From positions 25,305-89,304 of the forward strand of contig CAXYDO010000013.1 in NCBI GenBank assembly GCA_964276015.1: a stretch of 64,000 bases of DNA, in the 5' to 3' direction. Positions 53,457 through 64,000 of this stretch are shown in pieces. A program made the translations under genes and the position numbers. Numbering within the stretch: the stretch's first letter is position 1; the number at the start of each line of letters is the position of its first letter. A model generated the notes under the pieces. It was not told the origin of the DNA and made no database searches. It saw nothing but the letters and a program-made list of their open reading frames with translations. This stretch comes from an uncultured Alphaproteobacteria bacterium (GTDB lineage: Bacteria; Pseudomonadota; Alphaproteobacteria; UBA6615).

Positions 53457-54557
53457 ATGGGTTTCAATTGTGGTATTGTCGGACTACCGAATGTCGGTAA
53501 GTCCACTCTTTTCAATGCGTTAACTGCCACTGCCCAAGCAGAAGCAGCGAATTATCCATTCTGCACGATCGAGCCAAATGCCGGCCGGGTCGCAGTTCCC
53601 GATCCCCGTCTGGGGGCGCTCGCCAGCCTGGCCAAGTCGGTCAGTGTGGTTCCCACCTATCTCGAATTCGTCGATATCGCTGGCCTCGTGCGCGGCGCTA
53701 GTAAGGGCGAGGGCCTGGGCAACAAGTTCCTGTCTCACATTCGTGAGGTCGACGCGATTTGTCATGTGCTGCGATGTTTCGAAGGTGGCGAGGTGACCCA
53801 TGTCGAGGGCAGTGTCGACCCGGTGCGCGATGCGGAGATCGTCGAAACCGAATTGCTCCTGGCCGATCTCGAAGCCATGGAGCGACGGCTCGACACCACC
53901 GAGAAGCGCGCCAAGGGCGGCGATAAGGAAGCCCGCGCGCAGATGTCCGTGCTCGAACCTGTGGTGGCGGTTCTGCGGGAAGGCCAACCAGCCCGCACCG
54001 CCGAGATCAACCCGGACCTGCTTCCCGCCTTCCGGCAATTGCAGCTGATCACGTCCAAACCGGTTCTCTACATCTGCAATGTCGACGAAGACGCTGCTGC
54101 GACGGGCAATGCTCACACCGCAGCGGTCGAAAAAATGGCCGCCGAGATGGGCGCTGCTGCCGTGATCGTCTCTGCCGAGATCGAGGCCGAAGTGGCCCAG
54201 CTCGACGACCCCGATGAGCGACTGGAATTTCTCGAAGGACTTGGCCTCGAGGAGACTGGCCTGTCTCGGGTCATCCGAGTGGGACACGAACTACTTGATC
54301 TCATTACATTTTTCACCGTCGGCCCCAAAGAGACCCGAGCCTGGACTGTAGCCAGCGGCGCCACCGCACCGGAAGCTGCCGGGCGAATCCATAGCGATTT
54401 CCAAAAGGGCTTCATCCGGGCCGAGACCATCGGATATGATGACTTTCTCTCCTTTGAGGGCGAGCAAGGCTCAAAGGATGCTGGCCGCATGCGCCAGGAA
54501 GGCCGCGACTATATCGCCCGGGACGGCGATGTGATGCTATTCCGCTTCAACGTCTAA
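53457..54557 (+). CDS. ychF: redox-regulated ATPase YchF
   Basis: [31 protein letters not shown] domain. Confidence 0.97.
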   Translation: MGFNCGIVGLPNVGKSTLFNALTATAQAEAANYPFCTIEPNAGRVAVPDPRLGALASLAKSVSVVPTYLEFVDIAGLVRGASKGEGLGNKFLSHIREVDAICHVLRCFEGGEVTHVEGSVDPVRDAEIVETELLLADLEAMERRLDTTEKRAKGGDKEARAQMSVLEPVVAVLREGQPARTAEINPDLLPAFRQLQLITSKPVLYICNVDEDAAATGNAHTAAVEKMAAEMGAAAVIVSAEIEAEVAQLDDPDERLEFLEGLGLEETGLSRVIRVGHELLDLITFFTVGPKETRAWTVASGATAPEAAGRIHSDFQKGFIRAETIGYDDFLSFEGEQGSKDAGRMRQEGRDYIARDGDVMLFRFNV

Positions 54558-54611
54558 GGCTAGGATGCTCGCCGCAAAAACCAACAACACGACCACGCGG
54601 GAGAAAAACTC

Positions 54612-55280
54612 ATGGGAACGGGCTTAAAACTGACGGCCTCGGACGGGCACACACTCGATGCTTATCGCGTCGAACCAGCTGGCACGCCGCGCGGCGGCGT
54701 TGTCATCATCCAGGAAATTTTTGGCGTGAATGACGACATCCGCGAGACCGTCGACAACTTCGCCAAGGAAGGCTATGTCGCGATAGCACCTGCGCTGTTC
54801 GACCGCCACGAACGCGACGCCATTCTCGAATTCAATGAATACGGCATGTCAAAGGGCCGCGCGCTGAAGGGCGCGCTGGACTGGGATGAAGTGGTCAAGG
54901 ACGTCAACGCCGCAATCGCGGAAATCGATGGATCGGGCAAAATCGGCGTGGTCGGATTCTGCATGGGCGGTTCGGTGGCGTGGTTCGCGGCGGCCCATTC
55001 ACCCGTCGCCGCAGCGGTTTGCTATTACGGGGGTGATATCCTGGCGCATGAAACCATGGCCCCGAAATGCCCGGTGATGTTCCACTGGGGCGCCGAGGAT
55101 CACGGCATCCCACTCGACGGAGTCGCCAAGGTAGAAGCCGCCAATCCAGGTATTCCCAGTTTCATCTATGAGGGTGCCGGCCACGGCTTCAGTTGCTCGC
55201 GCCGCGGCTCATACCACAAGGAAGCTGCTGGCATCGCGATGGGCCGGACGCTGGAATTCCTGTCGGAGAATGTCGGCTAG
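54612..55280 (+). CDS. dienelactone hydrolase family protein
   Basis: QEIFGVN, GFCMGG, D and HGF catalytic residues. Confidence 0.92.
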   Translation: MGTGLKLTASDGHTLDAYRVEPAGTPRGGVVIIQEIFGVNDDIRETVDNFAKEGYVAIAPALFDRHERDAILEFNEYGMSKGRALKGALDWDEVVKDVNAAIAEIDGSGKIGVVGFCMGGSVAWFAAAHSPVAAAVCYYGGDILAHETMAPKCPVMFHWGAEDHGIPLDGVAKVEAANPGIPSFIYEGAGHGFSCSRRGSYHKEAAGIAMGRTLEFLSENVG

Positions 55281-55309
55281 CTTACCGCTAACAACTCAAA
55301 ATACATGAC

Positions 55310-55340
55310 AAAGGCGGGCGGTGCCAATCTGCCCGCCTTT
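55310..55340. terminator. stem-loop between convergent genes
   Basis: AAAGGCGGGCGG...CTGCCCGCCTTT. Confidence 0.65.
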
Positions 55341-56227
55341 AGTCGTTCTGGTCGGCGAACACCAGAAACGTCCCGCACGCCTCTTCCGAAGACACGATCA
55401 CGGCGCCGCTGCTGTCCCGCTCAAAGGCGACCTGCTGGCCCGTCAGATACATCGCCGTCACTTGCGGGTCAGCCACAGACAGGGTCAATGCCGCCAGACG
55501 TGGCAACGGCAAATTCTCATCAATCTTCTTGTCGTAATGCCGTTCGGGGAATGTTTTGGGCGTGACGAACCAGAGCTCGTCCTGTCCCGTATCGACGGTG
55601 ATGTTGCCCTTGCGCTCATCGCCGGAGACGGCATCCTCGCCGAACAGACGGGTATAAGCATCGCGAACCCCATCGAGAGATTCCATCACGATGGTCACTT
55701 CGGTGATGCCATTCGCCCCATTCGGGTGCGACAACCAGTTCGGGCGCCGGATTTTTTCCGGGGTCAGATGCTGGCAGGCAAACGTGTTAAGTCCCGGCGT
55801 CAGATCAGCCGGAATGTGGACATTGCGAAACTGCAGAGTCTCATCCCCTTCATCGACTTCCAGCAACCGTTGCAGGTTTTCCGGCGCAGCCGCATCGACC
55901 CCCCTCACCCAGCAACCAGCGATGGGCGGCGTCGACGTCACCGGTCGCGAGCGCAACATTGAGAAGCCCCTCACCGGTTTCGAGAAACTCGTCGAGGCGA
56001 TGGATGTACTGGGACGGGTCGATCACCCCGAGCAGTTCGACATAGTCGTTCTCGAACATGATCGTGTAATTGCCGGTGCCCCACCCGATATGCCGCCCGC
56101 GCGGCGACAACGTGAAACCAAGCCGGGCGAAACTCTCCCGTGCCCGCTCCAGATCGGCCACCCCGATCAGGGCGTGATCGATCCCCGCGATCGGGCGATC
56201 GGTCATCGTTACATTATCGTCAGACAT
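55339..56227 (-). CDS. VOC/glyoxalase_3 family protein split by a +1 frameshift at a G6 run (55899-55904)
   Basis: IDHALIGVADLE, GRHIGWGTGN, YVELL in one frame; HPNGANGI in the next; removing one G joins them. Confidence 0.85.
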
Positions 56228-56341
56228 GACACTCAACTCCCCAAGGGACCGCGTACGTCGCAAAATCTGCGCCGGCAGTCCCTGTCCATTCTATAACGTT
56301 GGTGGTCTACCCGAAAAAGCAAGCAAACGTCGATCTTGACG

Positions 56342-57238
56342 TCAGATTCCGCCCAATACCCGGCCTGCAACGGCCTCAAGCCGCTGCGAAACCCCGGGAT
56401 CCCGGGCTTCCGGCGCGGTAATCAGCGCATGATCAAGACTGGTGTGGCACCCCTGGCCACAGACCGTATCACGCCCGGCCAATTTCGGGGCCAGCGCCCG
56501 GATCAGCGATCGACCCCGATCTGCATTCTCCAGCAGCACCTTTATCACCTGATCCACAGTGACCGCATCGTGGTCGTCGTGCCAGCAATCAAAATCAGTG
56601 ACCATCGCCACGGTGGCGTAGCAAAGCTCTGCCTCGCGCGCGAGTTTGGCCTCGGGCATGTTGGTCATGCCAATCACCGAGCAGCCCCAGGAACGGTACA
56701 ATTCGGATTCGGCCCGGCTTGAAAACTGAGGACCTTCCATCACCATATAGATTCCACCGCGGACCGTTTCGATCCCCACCTCAGAGGCCGCCGCCGCGAT
56801 AATGTCACCCAACCGCCCGCAAACCGGATTGGCCATCGACACATGGGCAACTAGGCCGGTCTCGAAGAACGACTTCACCCGCGCAAAGGTTCGATCAATA
56901 AACTGATCGACGATCACAAAAGTTCCCGGCGGCAAATCTTCACGCAGAGACCCGACGGCTGACAGGGACAGAATTTCGGTCACCCCCGAGCGCTTCAGGG
57001 CATCAATATTAGCGCGAAAATTCAACTCCGACGGCGGCACCCGATGGCCCCGACCGTGCCGGGGCAGAAACACGATTTCTTGCCCGTCCAGTTTCCCGAA
57101 CATCAACTCGTCGGACGGCGCACCAAAGGAGGTGTTCACCGCCTCCCAGCGCACATCACTCAGTCCCTCGATGTCATAGATGCCGCTGCCGCCGATGATT
57201 CCCAGTACCGGCGGCGTCGAAGCAAAATTCGCGGTCAT
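56342..57238 (-). CDS. mtnP: S-methyl-5'-thioadenosine phosphorylase
   Basis: GIIGGSG, LPRHG, EGPQFS, GMTNMPEAKLAREA, TDFDCW. Confidence 0.95.
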   Translation of the reverse strand: MTANFASTPPVLGIIGGSGIYDIEGLSDVRWEAVNTSFGAPSDELMFGKLDGQEIVFLPRHGRGHRVPPSELNFRANIDALKRSGVTEILSLSAVGSLREDLPPGTFVIVDQFIDRTFARVKSFFETGLVAHVSMANPVCGRLGDIIAAAASEVGIETVRGGIYMVMEGPQFSSRAESELYRSWGCSVIGMTNMPEAKLAREAELCYATVAMVTDFDCWHDDHDAVTVDQVIKVLLENADRGRSLIRALAPKLAGRDTVCGQGCHTSLDHALITAPEARDPGVSQRLEAVAGRVLGGI

Positions 57239-57249
57239 ACAGCCTCGCC

Positions 57250-58131
57250 CTATTGCGCGCGCGGCAGCAGATCGAGCATTTCGGCGGCGCGGCCGGGCTC
57301 CACCGGTTCGGCGTCGAGTTCGCGCATGATCCGCACGGCCTTTTCGACCAGCTGGGCGTTGCTCGCGAACACACCCTTCTCGAGATAGAGGTTATCCTCC
57401 AGCCCAACGCGAACATGGCCACCATTGTTGACCGCTTCAGCCACGATCTTGAATTCGGACCGGCTGATCCCGAACGCGGCCCAGTTGGCATTACGCGGCA
57501 GCATGCTTTCCATCACCTGCAGCATCTGCGGTGTGGCCGGCGATCCCCAGGGAATACCCAGGCAAAGCTGGAACAGGGGCGGGCTTTCGATCAGGCCCTT
57601 TTCGATCAGGTCGATCGCCAAACGGATATGACCGGGCTCGAACACTTCGATCTCCGGCTTCACGCCGGCGTCCTTGATCATGCTGGACATGCGGCGCAGA
57701 TGGTCTGGCGTGTTCATGAACACGGCTTCACCGAAATTCATCGTGCCGCAATCCAGCGTGCAGATGTCTGGACGCAGCTCGAGCACGTGGCGCAAGCGGA
57801 TTTCCGGGGTGGTCAGGGTCGAACCCTCACCGCCGACCATCGGGTCATCGTCGCTGGGAATAAAGCGTGCGCCTTCGCCTGTGGTCAGGTTGATCAGGAT
57901 GTCGCAATCAGCATCGCGAATCCGCTCCACCACTTCACGAAAATACGCCGGATTGCCTGAACGCGATCCATCGGGCTCGCGCACATGGATATGGGCGATC
58001 GCCGCCCCAGCCTGGCGCGCTTCGATGGCCTCGCGGGCAATCTGCTCCGGCGTGATCGGAAAGTTGGGATGATTCTGAAAGTTCATATGCCCGCCTGTCA
58101 GCGCGGCAGTTACGATTGTTTCGCTGGCCAT
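57250..58131 (-). CDS. beta-keto acid cleavage enzyme (BKACE/DUF849)
   Basis: TAALTGG, AIAHIHVR, GTMNFG, RVGLEDN. Confidence 0.92.
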   Translation of the reverse strand: MASETIVTAALTGGHMNFQNHPNFPITPEQIAREAIEARQAGAAIAHIHVREPDGSRSGNPAYFREVVERIRDADCDILINLTTGEGARFIPSDDDPMVGGEGSTLTTPEIRLRHVLELRPDICTLDCGTMNFGEAVFMNTPDHLRRMSSMIKDAGVKPEIEVFEPGHIRLAIDLIEKGLIESPPLFQLCLGIPWGSPATPQMLQVMESMLPRNANWAAFGISRSEFKIVAEAVNNGGHVRVGLEDNLYLEKGVFASNAQLVEKAVRIMRELDAEPVEPGRAAEMLDLLPRAQ

Positions 58132-58201
58132 GTTTCCCCCGGTCGAAGTTCAGCAATGTTAGGCAAGATCGTCAGTGTAACGATTCGCCCAGATTGCGCT
58201 T

Positions 58202-58236
58202 AAGAAAAAGGCCGCATGCGTTTCAGCAGCGGCCTT
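58202..58236 (-). terminator. intrinsic terminator of petABC
   Basis: AAGGCCGC...GCGGCCTT stem with T tract on the minus strand. Confidence 0.65.
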
Positions 58237-58255
58237 CCTCACGAATTCAGATTAC

Positions 58256-59041
58256 TCAGTGATCGATGGTCGACCATAATTTGCGTTTCGCTGCATAGAG
58301 AATTGCGCTGAAGATGATAAGGAAGAGCACAACCTTGAAGCCCATCTTCTTGCGTTGCTCCATCTCAGGCTCTGCGGCCCATTGCAGGAAGTTGACCACG
58401 TCCCACGACATCTGCGCGACAGTTGCCTTGGTACCATCCGTGTATTCGACACCATCCTCGGCGAGCGGCGCCGGCATTGCGATAAAGCTGCCTCTGAAGA
58501 ACGGGTTGTAGTTTGATCCGTCGGGGACTTCCGTGCCCGCCGGGGCATCGGCGTACCCGGTCAGCAGGGCGTTGATATAATCCGCGCCGCCTGCATGGGC
58601 CTTGGTCTGCAACGAAAGGTCCGGAGGGTTCGCGCCGTTATTCGACGCCTTGGCCGCTTCCTCATTAGGGAAAGGCGACACGAACTTGTCCGAAGCGCGG
58701 GCGGAACGCTCGAACATCTCACCTTCATCATTGGGACCGTCGGTGACGTCAAAATCGGCCGCGATCGCTTTGATCTCATCCTCATTAAAGCCGAGGTCAG
58801 CGAGGTTTCGATAGGCCACCTGCTTGAGGCTGTGACAGCCCGCGCAGACTTCCAGGTAAACCTGCAGGCCACGCTGGGCCGACGCCTTGTCGACGGTTCC
58901 GAAGATGCCGTTGAAGTGCCATTTTTGGCTTTCAACATGTGCCGCGTCACCCGCCGCAAGGGCCGCGCCTGAAGTCAGCGAAACAGCCGCGATAAGGCCG
59001 GTAGCTGCCGCCATACGGCGAAGATTGCAAACGATACCCAT
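58256..59041 (-). CDS. petC: cytochrome c1
   Basis: QRGLQVYLEVCAGCHS, PPDLS, AMPAPL, C-terminal TM; TAATG overlap with petB. Confidence 0.96.
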   Translation of the reverse strand: MGIVCNLRRMAAATGLIAAVSLTSGAALAAGDAAHVESQKWHFNGIFGTVDKASAQRGLQVYLEVCAGCHSLKQVAYRNLADLGFNEDEIKAIAADFDVTDGPNDEGEMFERSARASDKFVSPFPNEEAAKASNNGANPPDLSLQTKAHAGGADYINALLTGYADAPAGTEVPDGSNYNPFFRGSFIAMPAPLAEDGVEYTDGTKATVAQMSWDVVNFLQWAAEPEMEQRKKMGFKVVLFLIIFSAILYAAKRKLWSTIDH

Positions 59042-60360
59042 TATGCCTTCTCCATCGGCTTGGCAGTTTCAGCCGCACCCGAAGTACCGCCGCCGAGAAC
59101 AGCTTCGGAAATACTCTTCGGCACCGGCTTAGGGCGCTCGAAAATACCGAGCAAAGGCAACACGATCAGGAAGTGGAAGAAATACCAGAAGGTCGTGATG
59201 TATCCGAGATGGATGATCTGGAACCCTTCAACACCGCTGAAGACCGGCGCGTCTGTGGGCTTACCACCGACATATCCCAGCAGGACACAGTCAAGCAGCA
59301 GGATCCAGAGGAACCATTTGAAAATCGGCCGGAACTTCGCGCTGCGCACCGGCGACTTATCGAGCCAGGGCAGCAGGAACAACACAAAGATCGCCCCGAA
59401 CATCGCAAGCACGCCTGCGAGCTTGGCTTCGATGAACCAGATGTTGAAATCAATTGACCGCAGGATCGCGAAGAATGGCAGGAAGTACCATTCCGGCACG
59501 ATATGCGCCGGCGTGACCAATGGCGCCGCTTCGAGATAGTTTTCCGGCTCGCCGAAGAAGTTCGGCGCGAAGAATACAAAGGCCGCCATGATGGTGACAA
59601 ACACCGCCAGCCCGACGCTGTCTTTCATCGTGTAATACGGATGGAACGGCACCGTGTCCTGCGGACCCTTCGGATCCACACCCAGCGGATTGTTCGAACC
59701 GGTCACATGCAGCGCGATCACATGCAGGATCACTACCCCGAAAATCAGGAACGGGAAGAGATAGTGCAACGCGAAGAAGCGATTCAGGGTCGGGTTGTCG
59801 ACGGAGAACCCACCCCAGAGCAAGGTCACGATGCTATCGCCCACAATCGGGATCGCCGAGAACAGGTTGGTGATCACTGTGGCGCCCCAGAAGCTCATCT
59901 GGCCCCAGACCAGCACATAGCCCATGAAGGCGGTCGCCATCATCAGAAGCAGGATGACCACGCCGAGCATCCAAAGAAGCTCACGCGGGCCCTTATAGGA
60001 GCCATAATACATTGAGCGAGACATATGAATGAAGACCGCGATGAAGAAGAATGACGCGCCATTGGCATGCAGGTAACGCAGCAGCCAGCCGAAATTCACA
60101 TCCCGCATGATCCGTTCGACAGAATCGAAGGCCAGCGCGGTATGGGGCGTATACTGCATGGCGAGGAATATCCCTGACATGATCATCATGACAAGCATGA
60201 AGGTCAGGATCGCGCCGAAGTTCCAGAACCAGTTGAAGTTCTTGGGCGCCTCGAACTCGGCATATTCTTTTTGCATATAGGTGAAGACCGGCAGACGGCT
60301 GTCGATCCATTTGACGAGGCCGCTTCCCATGCCCCCGGTCTGATTCGTTCCCGCGCTCAT
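59041..60360 (-). CDS. petB: cytochrome b
   Basis: [33 protein letters not shown]. Confidence 0.98.
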   Translation of the reverse strand: MSAGTNQTGGMGSGLVKWIDSRLPVFTYMQKEYAEFEAPKNFNWFWNFGAILTFMLVMMIMSGIFLAMQYTPHTALAFDSVERIMRDVNFGWLLRYLHANGASFFFIAVFIHMSRSMYYGSYKGPRELLWMLGVVILLLMMATAFMGYVLVWGQMSFWGATVITNLFSAIPIVGDSIVTLLWGGFSVDNPTLNRFFALHYLFPFLIFGVVILHVIALHVTGSNNPLGVDPKGPQDTVPFHPYYTMKDSVGLAVFVTIMAAFVFFAPNFFGEPENYLEAAPLVTPAHIVPEWYFLPFFAILRSIDFNIWFIEAKLAGVLAMFGAIFVLFLLPWLDKSPVRSAKFRPIFKWFLWILLLDCVLLGYVGGKPTDAPVFSGVEGFQIIHLGYITTFWYFFHFLIVLPLLGIFERPKPVPKSISEAVLGGGTSGAAETAKPMEKA

Positions 60361-60368
60361 ATCTGGCC

Positions 60369-60914
60369 TCAACCGATCTTAATATTGGTGTCGTTCAGGA
60401 ATTCATACGGCGGAACCGGCAGGTTCAGCGGTGCCGGACCTTGGCGAATGCGTCCCGACGTATCGTAATGCGAGCTGTGACAAGGGCAGAACCAACCACC
60501 CCATTTGCCGCGGTTTTCTGACGGCTTCTGCCCCTTCGGCACACAGCCGAGATGGGTACAGACCCCCACGACCACGAGCCATTCAGGCTTTACGACCCGG
60601 GCTTCGTCGGTCTGTGGGTCGCGCAAATCACCCAAATCAGTAGATTCAGCTTCGGCGATGGCCTTTGGCGTGCGGCGGTCGATAAAGACCGGCTTGCCCT
60701 GCCATTTGACCGTCACGCGCTGACCATTATCGATTTGCGAGATATCAACCTCGGTTGTCGACAGGGCGAGCACGTCGGCGGAGGGGTTCATCGAGTTGAT
60801 GAACGGCCACAACGCCGCGCCAAGGCTGACAGCCCCGAATGCGCCGGCCGAAAGAAAGAGAAAATCACGGCGGTTTTCTGAGTGACCGTCGTGATCCTGA
60901 GTTTCATCGCTCAT
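60369..60914 (-). CDS. petA: Rieske iron-sulfur subunit of the bc1 complex
   Basis: Tat RRDFL, CTHLGC, CPCHSS. Confidence 0.97.
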   Translation of the reverse strand: MSDETQDHDGHSENRRDFLFLSAGAFGAVSLGAALWPFINSMNPSADVLALSTTEVDISQIDNGQRVTVKWQGKPVFIDRRTPKAIAEAESTDLGDLRDPQTDEARVVKPEWLVVVGVCTHLGCVPKGQKPSENRGKWGGWFCPCHSSHYDTSGRIRQGPAPLNLPVPPYEFLNDTNIKIG

Positions 60915-61207
60915 GAGCAATTATCCTTGGTTCGGCGCAGGGGCGCCGCAGGAGTAAAAAACATACGCAGATTGTTGTGAGAGGTATGAAATTTCCCTGA
61001 ATCCAGCAATGTGACACCGTGCCGCAATGGCCGCACGGATGCCGTCTCGCCTGCTCGGAGTGAAATCGCCAGAATGCCCCCTCTGGAACCCGTGTACGCC
61101 CTAAACTTCGACCGGATATAATCGAAGTACAAAGTGTTTGCCAAGCCCAGCTTTCATGCCAATTTCGCCGATATCCCGGCAGCCACCCCCGCCAGAAAGA
61201 CCAGCTA

Positions 61208-61660
61208 TTGCGTATCGCGCTGTATCAGCCCGACATACCCCAGAATACCGGGGCGGTTTTCCGCCTCGCCGCATGTCTGGCAATTCCGGTCGACATCATC
61301 GAACCCGCTGGGTTTGTACTGAGCAACACCAATCTTCGCCGGGCCGGGATGGACTATCTCGACCAGGTCGAATTCGTGCGTCACATGTCCTGGAGGGCCT
61401 ATCTGGACGCGGCCCCACCCGAACGCCTGGTGCTCCTTTCGACCCAAGCCACAACGCGGCATGTTGACTTCGTCTTCAACCCAAACGATACGCTGCTACT
61501 GGGCCGCGAAAGCAGTGGCGTGCCCGACAACGTCCACGACCGGGCCGATGCCCGGCTCCTTGTGCCGATGCGCGCAGAGACACGCTCGCTCAATGTGGTT
61601 ACCGCCCTCACTTTTGTTTTGGGGGAAGCCTTGCGGCAGACCGATGGTTTTCCACCCTAA
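61208..61660 (+). CDS. trmL: tRNA (cytidine/uridine-2'-O)-methyltransferase
   Basis: [28 protein letters not shown]. Confidence 0.93.
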   Translation: MRIALYQPDIPQNTGAVFRLAACLAIPVDIIEPAGFVLSNTNLRRAGMDYLDQVEFVRHMSWRAYLDAAPPERLVLLSTQATTRHVDFVFNPNDTLLLGRESSGVPDNVHDRADARLLVPMRAETRSLNVVTALTFVLGEALRQTDGFPP

Positions 61661-61674
61661 TAGAAAGAACGGAA

Positions 61675-62541
61675 ATGCCCATGTCTGACGATCAACACAA
61701 GAACGCGGCGGCCACGTGGTTCGCCGAATTGCGCGATCAGATCTGTGCCACCTTCGAATCCATCGAGGACGAACTCTCCGGCACGATGCAGGATCGCGAA
61801 CCCGGACGTTTTGAACGTTCCACATGGAGCCGCCCGGATCAGGACGGCGCGCCAGGCGGCGGCGGTGAAATGTCGATCATGCGCGGGCGCGTCTTCGAGA
61901 AAGTCGGCGTAAACATCTCCAAGGTCGAAGGCACGTTCTCCGAGGAATTCCGGGCCCGCATTCCCGGGTCCGAGGCCGACGGCAAGTTCTGGGCCGCCGG
62001 CGTATCCCTGGTCGCCCATCTGCATTCGCCCCTGGTTCCCGCAGTTCACATGAACACCCGCCATATCGTCACCAGCAAATCCTGGTTCGGCGGCGGCTCC
62101 GACCTGACTCCCATGGAACCGAATGACGATGACACGGCAGCATTTCATGCAGCCCTCAAAGCAGCCTGCGACGCCCATGATCCGGCCTATTACAAAAAGT
62201 TCAAGGAATGGTGCGACGAGTATTTCTTCCTGCCCCATCGCAACGAGGCCCGCGGTGTCGGCGGTATCTTCTTTGATTATGTGGACTCCGGCGACTGGGA
62301 CGCAGACTTCGCTTTCACCCGGGATGTTGGCCTCGCCTTTCTCGATATATATCCCCGGCTCGTTCGCCAGCACATGAACAAGAGCTGGACTGCCGAACAG
62401 CGTGCTCATCAATTGCAGCGCCGGGGCCGATATGTGGAGTTCAACCTGCTCCACGACCGGGGCACCCAGTTCGGCCTCAAAACCGGTGGCAATGTCGAGG
62501 CCATCCTGATGTCACTGCCCCCCGAGGTTACCTGGCGGTAG
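61675..62541 (+). CDS. hemF: oxygen-dependent coproporphyrinogen III oxidase
   Basis: [36 protein letters not shown]. Confidence 0.97.
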   Translation: MPMSDDQHKNAAATWFAELRDQICATFESIEDELSGTMQDREPGRFERSTWSRPDQDGAPGGGGEMSIMRGRVFEKVGVNISKVEGTFSEEFRARIPGSEADGKFWAAGVSLVAHLHSPLVPAVHMNTRHIVTSKSWFGGGSDLTPMEPNDDDTAAFHAALKAACDAHDPAYYKKFKEWCDEYFFLPHRNEARGVGGIFFDYVDSGDWDADFAFTRDVGLAFLDIYPRLVRQHMNKSWTAEQRAHQLQRRGRYVEFNLLHDRGTQFGLKTGGNVEAILMSLPPEVTWR

Positions 62542-62656
62542 ACGGCACCTGGCCGTAACGGAAACTTGGATTTTGTCACGCCTGCGACTTGCTATTAGTA
62601 TGTGTGCAATCTTCCTGGCGCCCCGCGTCAGGGCACCAAATGAACTGGAAACACCG

Positions 62657-63208
62657 ATGACATTCCTCACCCGCCGGCTGCTTGCGCCGATCTTCGCTTT
62701 GGCCCTGCTACTGGGCGCCTCGTCCGCGCATGCCGAAAACCTCCCGGTAGAGGCCTTCTACGGCCACTTCCAGGGCTCCGGCGTCGCGGAAAACAGCGAC
62801 AGCCTCTATTTCGGCGTCACCGTGCGTGATCTCGACGTCCGGGTCGGAGCCGAGGGAACGGGTCTGTTCGTCGAATGGACCAGCGTGATCCGGGGCGGCG
62901 GTGATCCCAACAACCCGGATGTGCGGCGACGGACACAGCGCATGTCCTTCGTGCCGTCCGGCAACCCCGGCGTGTTCAACGCAATTGGCGCACAGGACCC
63001 GCGCAGCCCTGAAGGGCTGGGCTGGACCAGCATCAACGAGCGCACATTGACGGTGCATGTGATGCGGATCACGCCTCAGGGCGGATATGTGATCCAGACC
63101 TATGACCGGACCCTTGAGGGAACTGGCATGCAGCTCAAATTCGTCAACGTCGCCGACGGCGAGCCCGTGCGTCAGGTCGATGCAAGGCTCGTCAAGGTCG
63201 GCAACTAA
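62657..63208 (+). CDS. secreted hypothetical beta-rich protein, paralog 1
   Basis: signal peptide AHA|E; similar to the next gene. Confidence 0.8.
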   Translation: MTFLTRRLLAPIFALALLLGASSAHAENLPVEAFYGHFQGSGVAENSDSLYFGVTVRDLDVRVGAEGTGLFVEWTSVIRGGGDPNNPDVRRRTQRMSFVPSGNPGVFNAIGAQDPRSPEGLGWTSINERTLTVHVMRITPQGGYVIQTYDRTLEGTGMQLKFVNVADGEPVRQVDARLVKVGN

Positions 63209-63234
63209 CCCAAAGCCCGAAAGGCTGCTCGCTG

Positions 63235-63816
63235 ATGTTCCCGGAATCCCTGATCCGTTCAACGGCGTACGCCGCCGCGGTCGTGCTGGCGGTCGTGCTC
63301 GCACCCCTGCACGGGGCCCACGCAAATGACGCGGTCGAGAAATTCTACGGCTCTTATGTTGGCTCGGGCACAGCCGAGGTGGGGAGTAAAACCCAGATCC
63401 GCGATCTCGATGTCACCATCGAGAGCTACAAGGATGAAGGCTTTACGTTGAAATGGACCACCGTGGTGCGTGGTGCAGATGGCGCGCGCACCGGCGATGA
63501 CGTCAAGCGCCGCGAGGTCTCGGAAAACTTCATCCCGATCGAAGACAAGGAAAACGTCTTCGTGCTGGCCCCCAAGGGTGGCCTGTTCCAGAAATCCGAT
63601 CTGCCCAATCCGCTGCTCGGTGACGCGGTCCGCTGGGCCGCCCTCGAGGGCGACAACATGACTGTCTATTCGCTGGCCATCAGTGACACCGGCGGTTCAG
63701 AGCTCCAGGTCTACCGGCGCTCCCTGACCGCCAAAGGCATGGACATCACCTTCATGCGCCTGCGGGACGAACAAGTGAAAGTCCGCATGTCGGGCACAAT
63801 GGTGCGCACCAAATAG
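63235..63816 (+). CDS. secreted hypothetical beta-rich protein, paralog 2
   Basis: signal peptide AHA|N; shared FYG..GSG.A, RDLDV and Y.R.L...GM motifs. Confidence 0.8.
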   Translation: MFPESLIRSTAYAAAVVLAVVLAPLHGAHANDAVEKFYGSYVGSGTAEVGSKTQIRDLDVTIESYKDEGFTLKWTTVVRGADGARTGDDVKRREVSENFIPIEDKENVFVLAPKGGLFQKSDLPNPLLGDAVRWAALEGDNMTVYSLAISDTGGSELQVYRRSLTAKGMDITFMRLRDEQVKVRMSGTMVRTK

Positions 63817-63835
63817 CGTGGGCATTTTCCAAACA

Positions 63836-63895
63836 CCTCATGCTGAGCTTGTCGAAGCATGAGGTTCGCGCGCCTTCGTCAGGCTCAGGGTGAGG
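63836..63895. repeat. REP-like intergenic palindromic repeat, copy 2
   Basis: CCTCATGCTGAGCTTGTCGAAG...CTTCGTCAGGCTCAGGGTGAGG. Confidence 0.78.
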
Positions 63896-63921
63896 CCGAT
63901 CGGGGATTGGGCGCAAGAAAA

Positions 63922-64000
63922 CTAGCTGTCGATCCGCCGCCGCAATTCGTTCAGGCAGGCTGCGCGATCCGCATCGAACCCACCATCGATCCACCAGGCC
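63922..64000 (-). CDS. C-terminus of a probable CCA tRNA nucleotidyltransferase (partial)
   Basis: AWWIDGGFDADRAACLNELRRRIDS*; cca commonly lies next to hemF in Alphaproteobacteria. Confidence 0.5.
   Translation of the reverse strand, partial: AWWIDGGFDADRAACLNELRRRIDS

Overview
GC-rich alphaproteobacterial chromosome segment, probably Rhodospirillales-like. This rests on split pntAa/pntAb/pntB, gapR, ilvE-petP-petR-envZ, petABC, ubiK-lgt-midA-pgeF, prs-rplY-pth-ychF and hemF-cca. Most of the window is housekeeping. I saw no rRNA, tRNA, CRISPR array, integrase or transposase. Two things stand out. (1) Bases 1-7430 hold a seven-gene minus-strand cluster that runs off the left edge. It encodes a secreted acidic linker protein, a lipoprotein with a Gly/Ala hydrophobic hairpin, a membrane-anchored TPR-like protein, a PEGA-repeat protein with a Cys-less FGE/SUMF1 domain, a 51-aa peptide, a MotA/TolQ/ExbB channel, and an ExbD/MotB-like TM(Asp) helix fused to a coiled coil and a VWA domain. 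It looks like an uncharacterised ion-driven trans-envelope machine. (2) Several stress and osmotic genes are decaying (TlpA-like thioredoxin, BCCT, Dps, MFS, ester cyclase, MsrA, MscS) while core genes stay intact. Also present: a perfect Irr/ICE box, an NrdR-like box, DnaA-like boxes, two copies of a REP-like palindrome, two +1 G frameshifts and several apparent non-ATG starts. All calls come from reading motifs by eye; no database searches were run.
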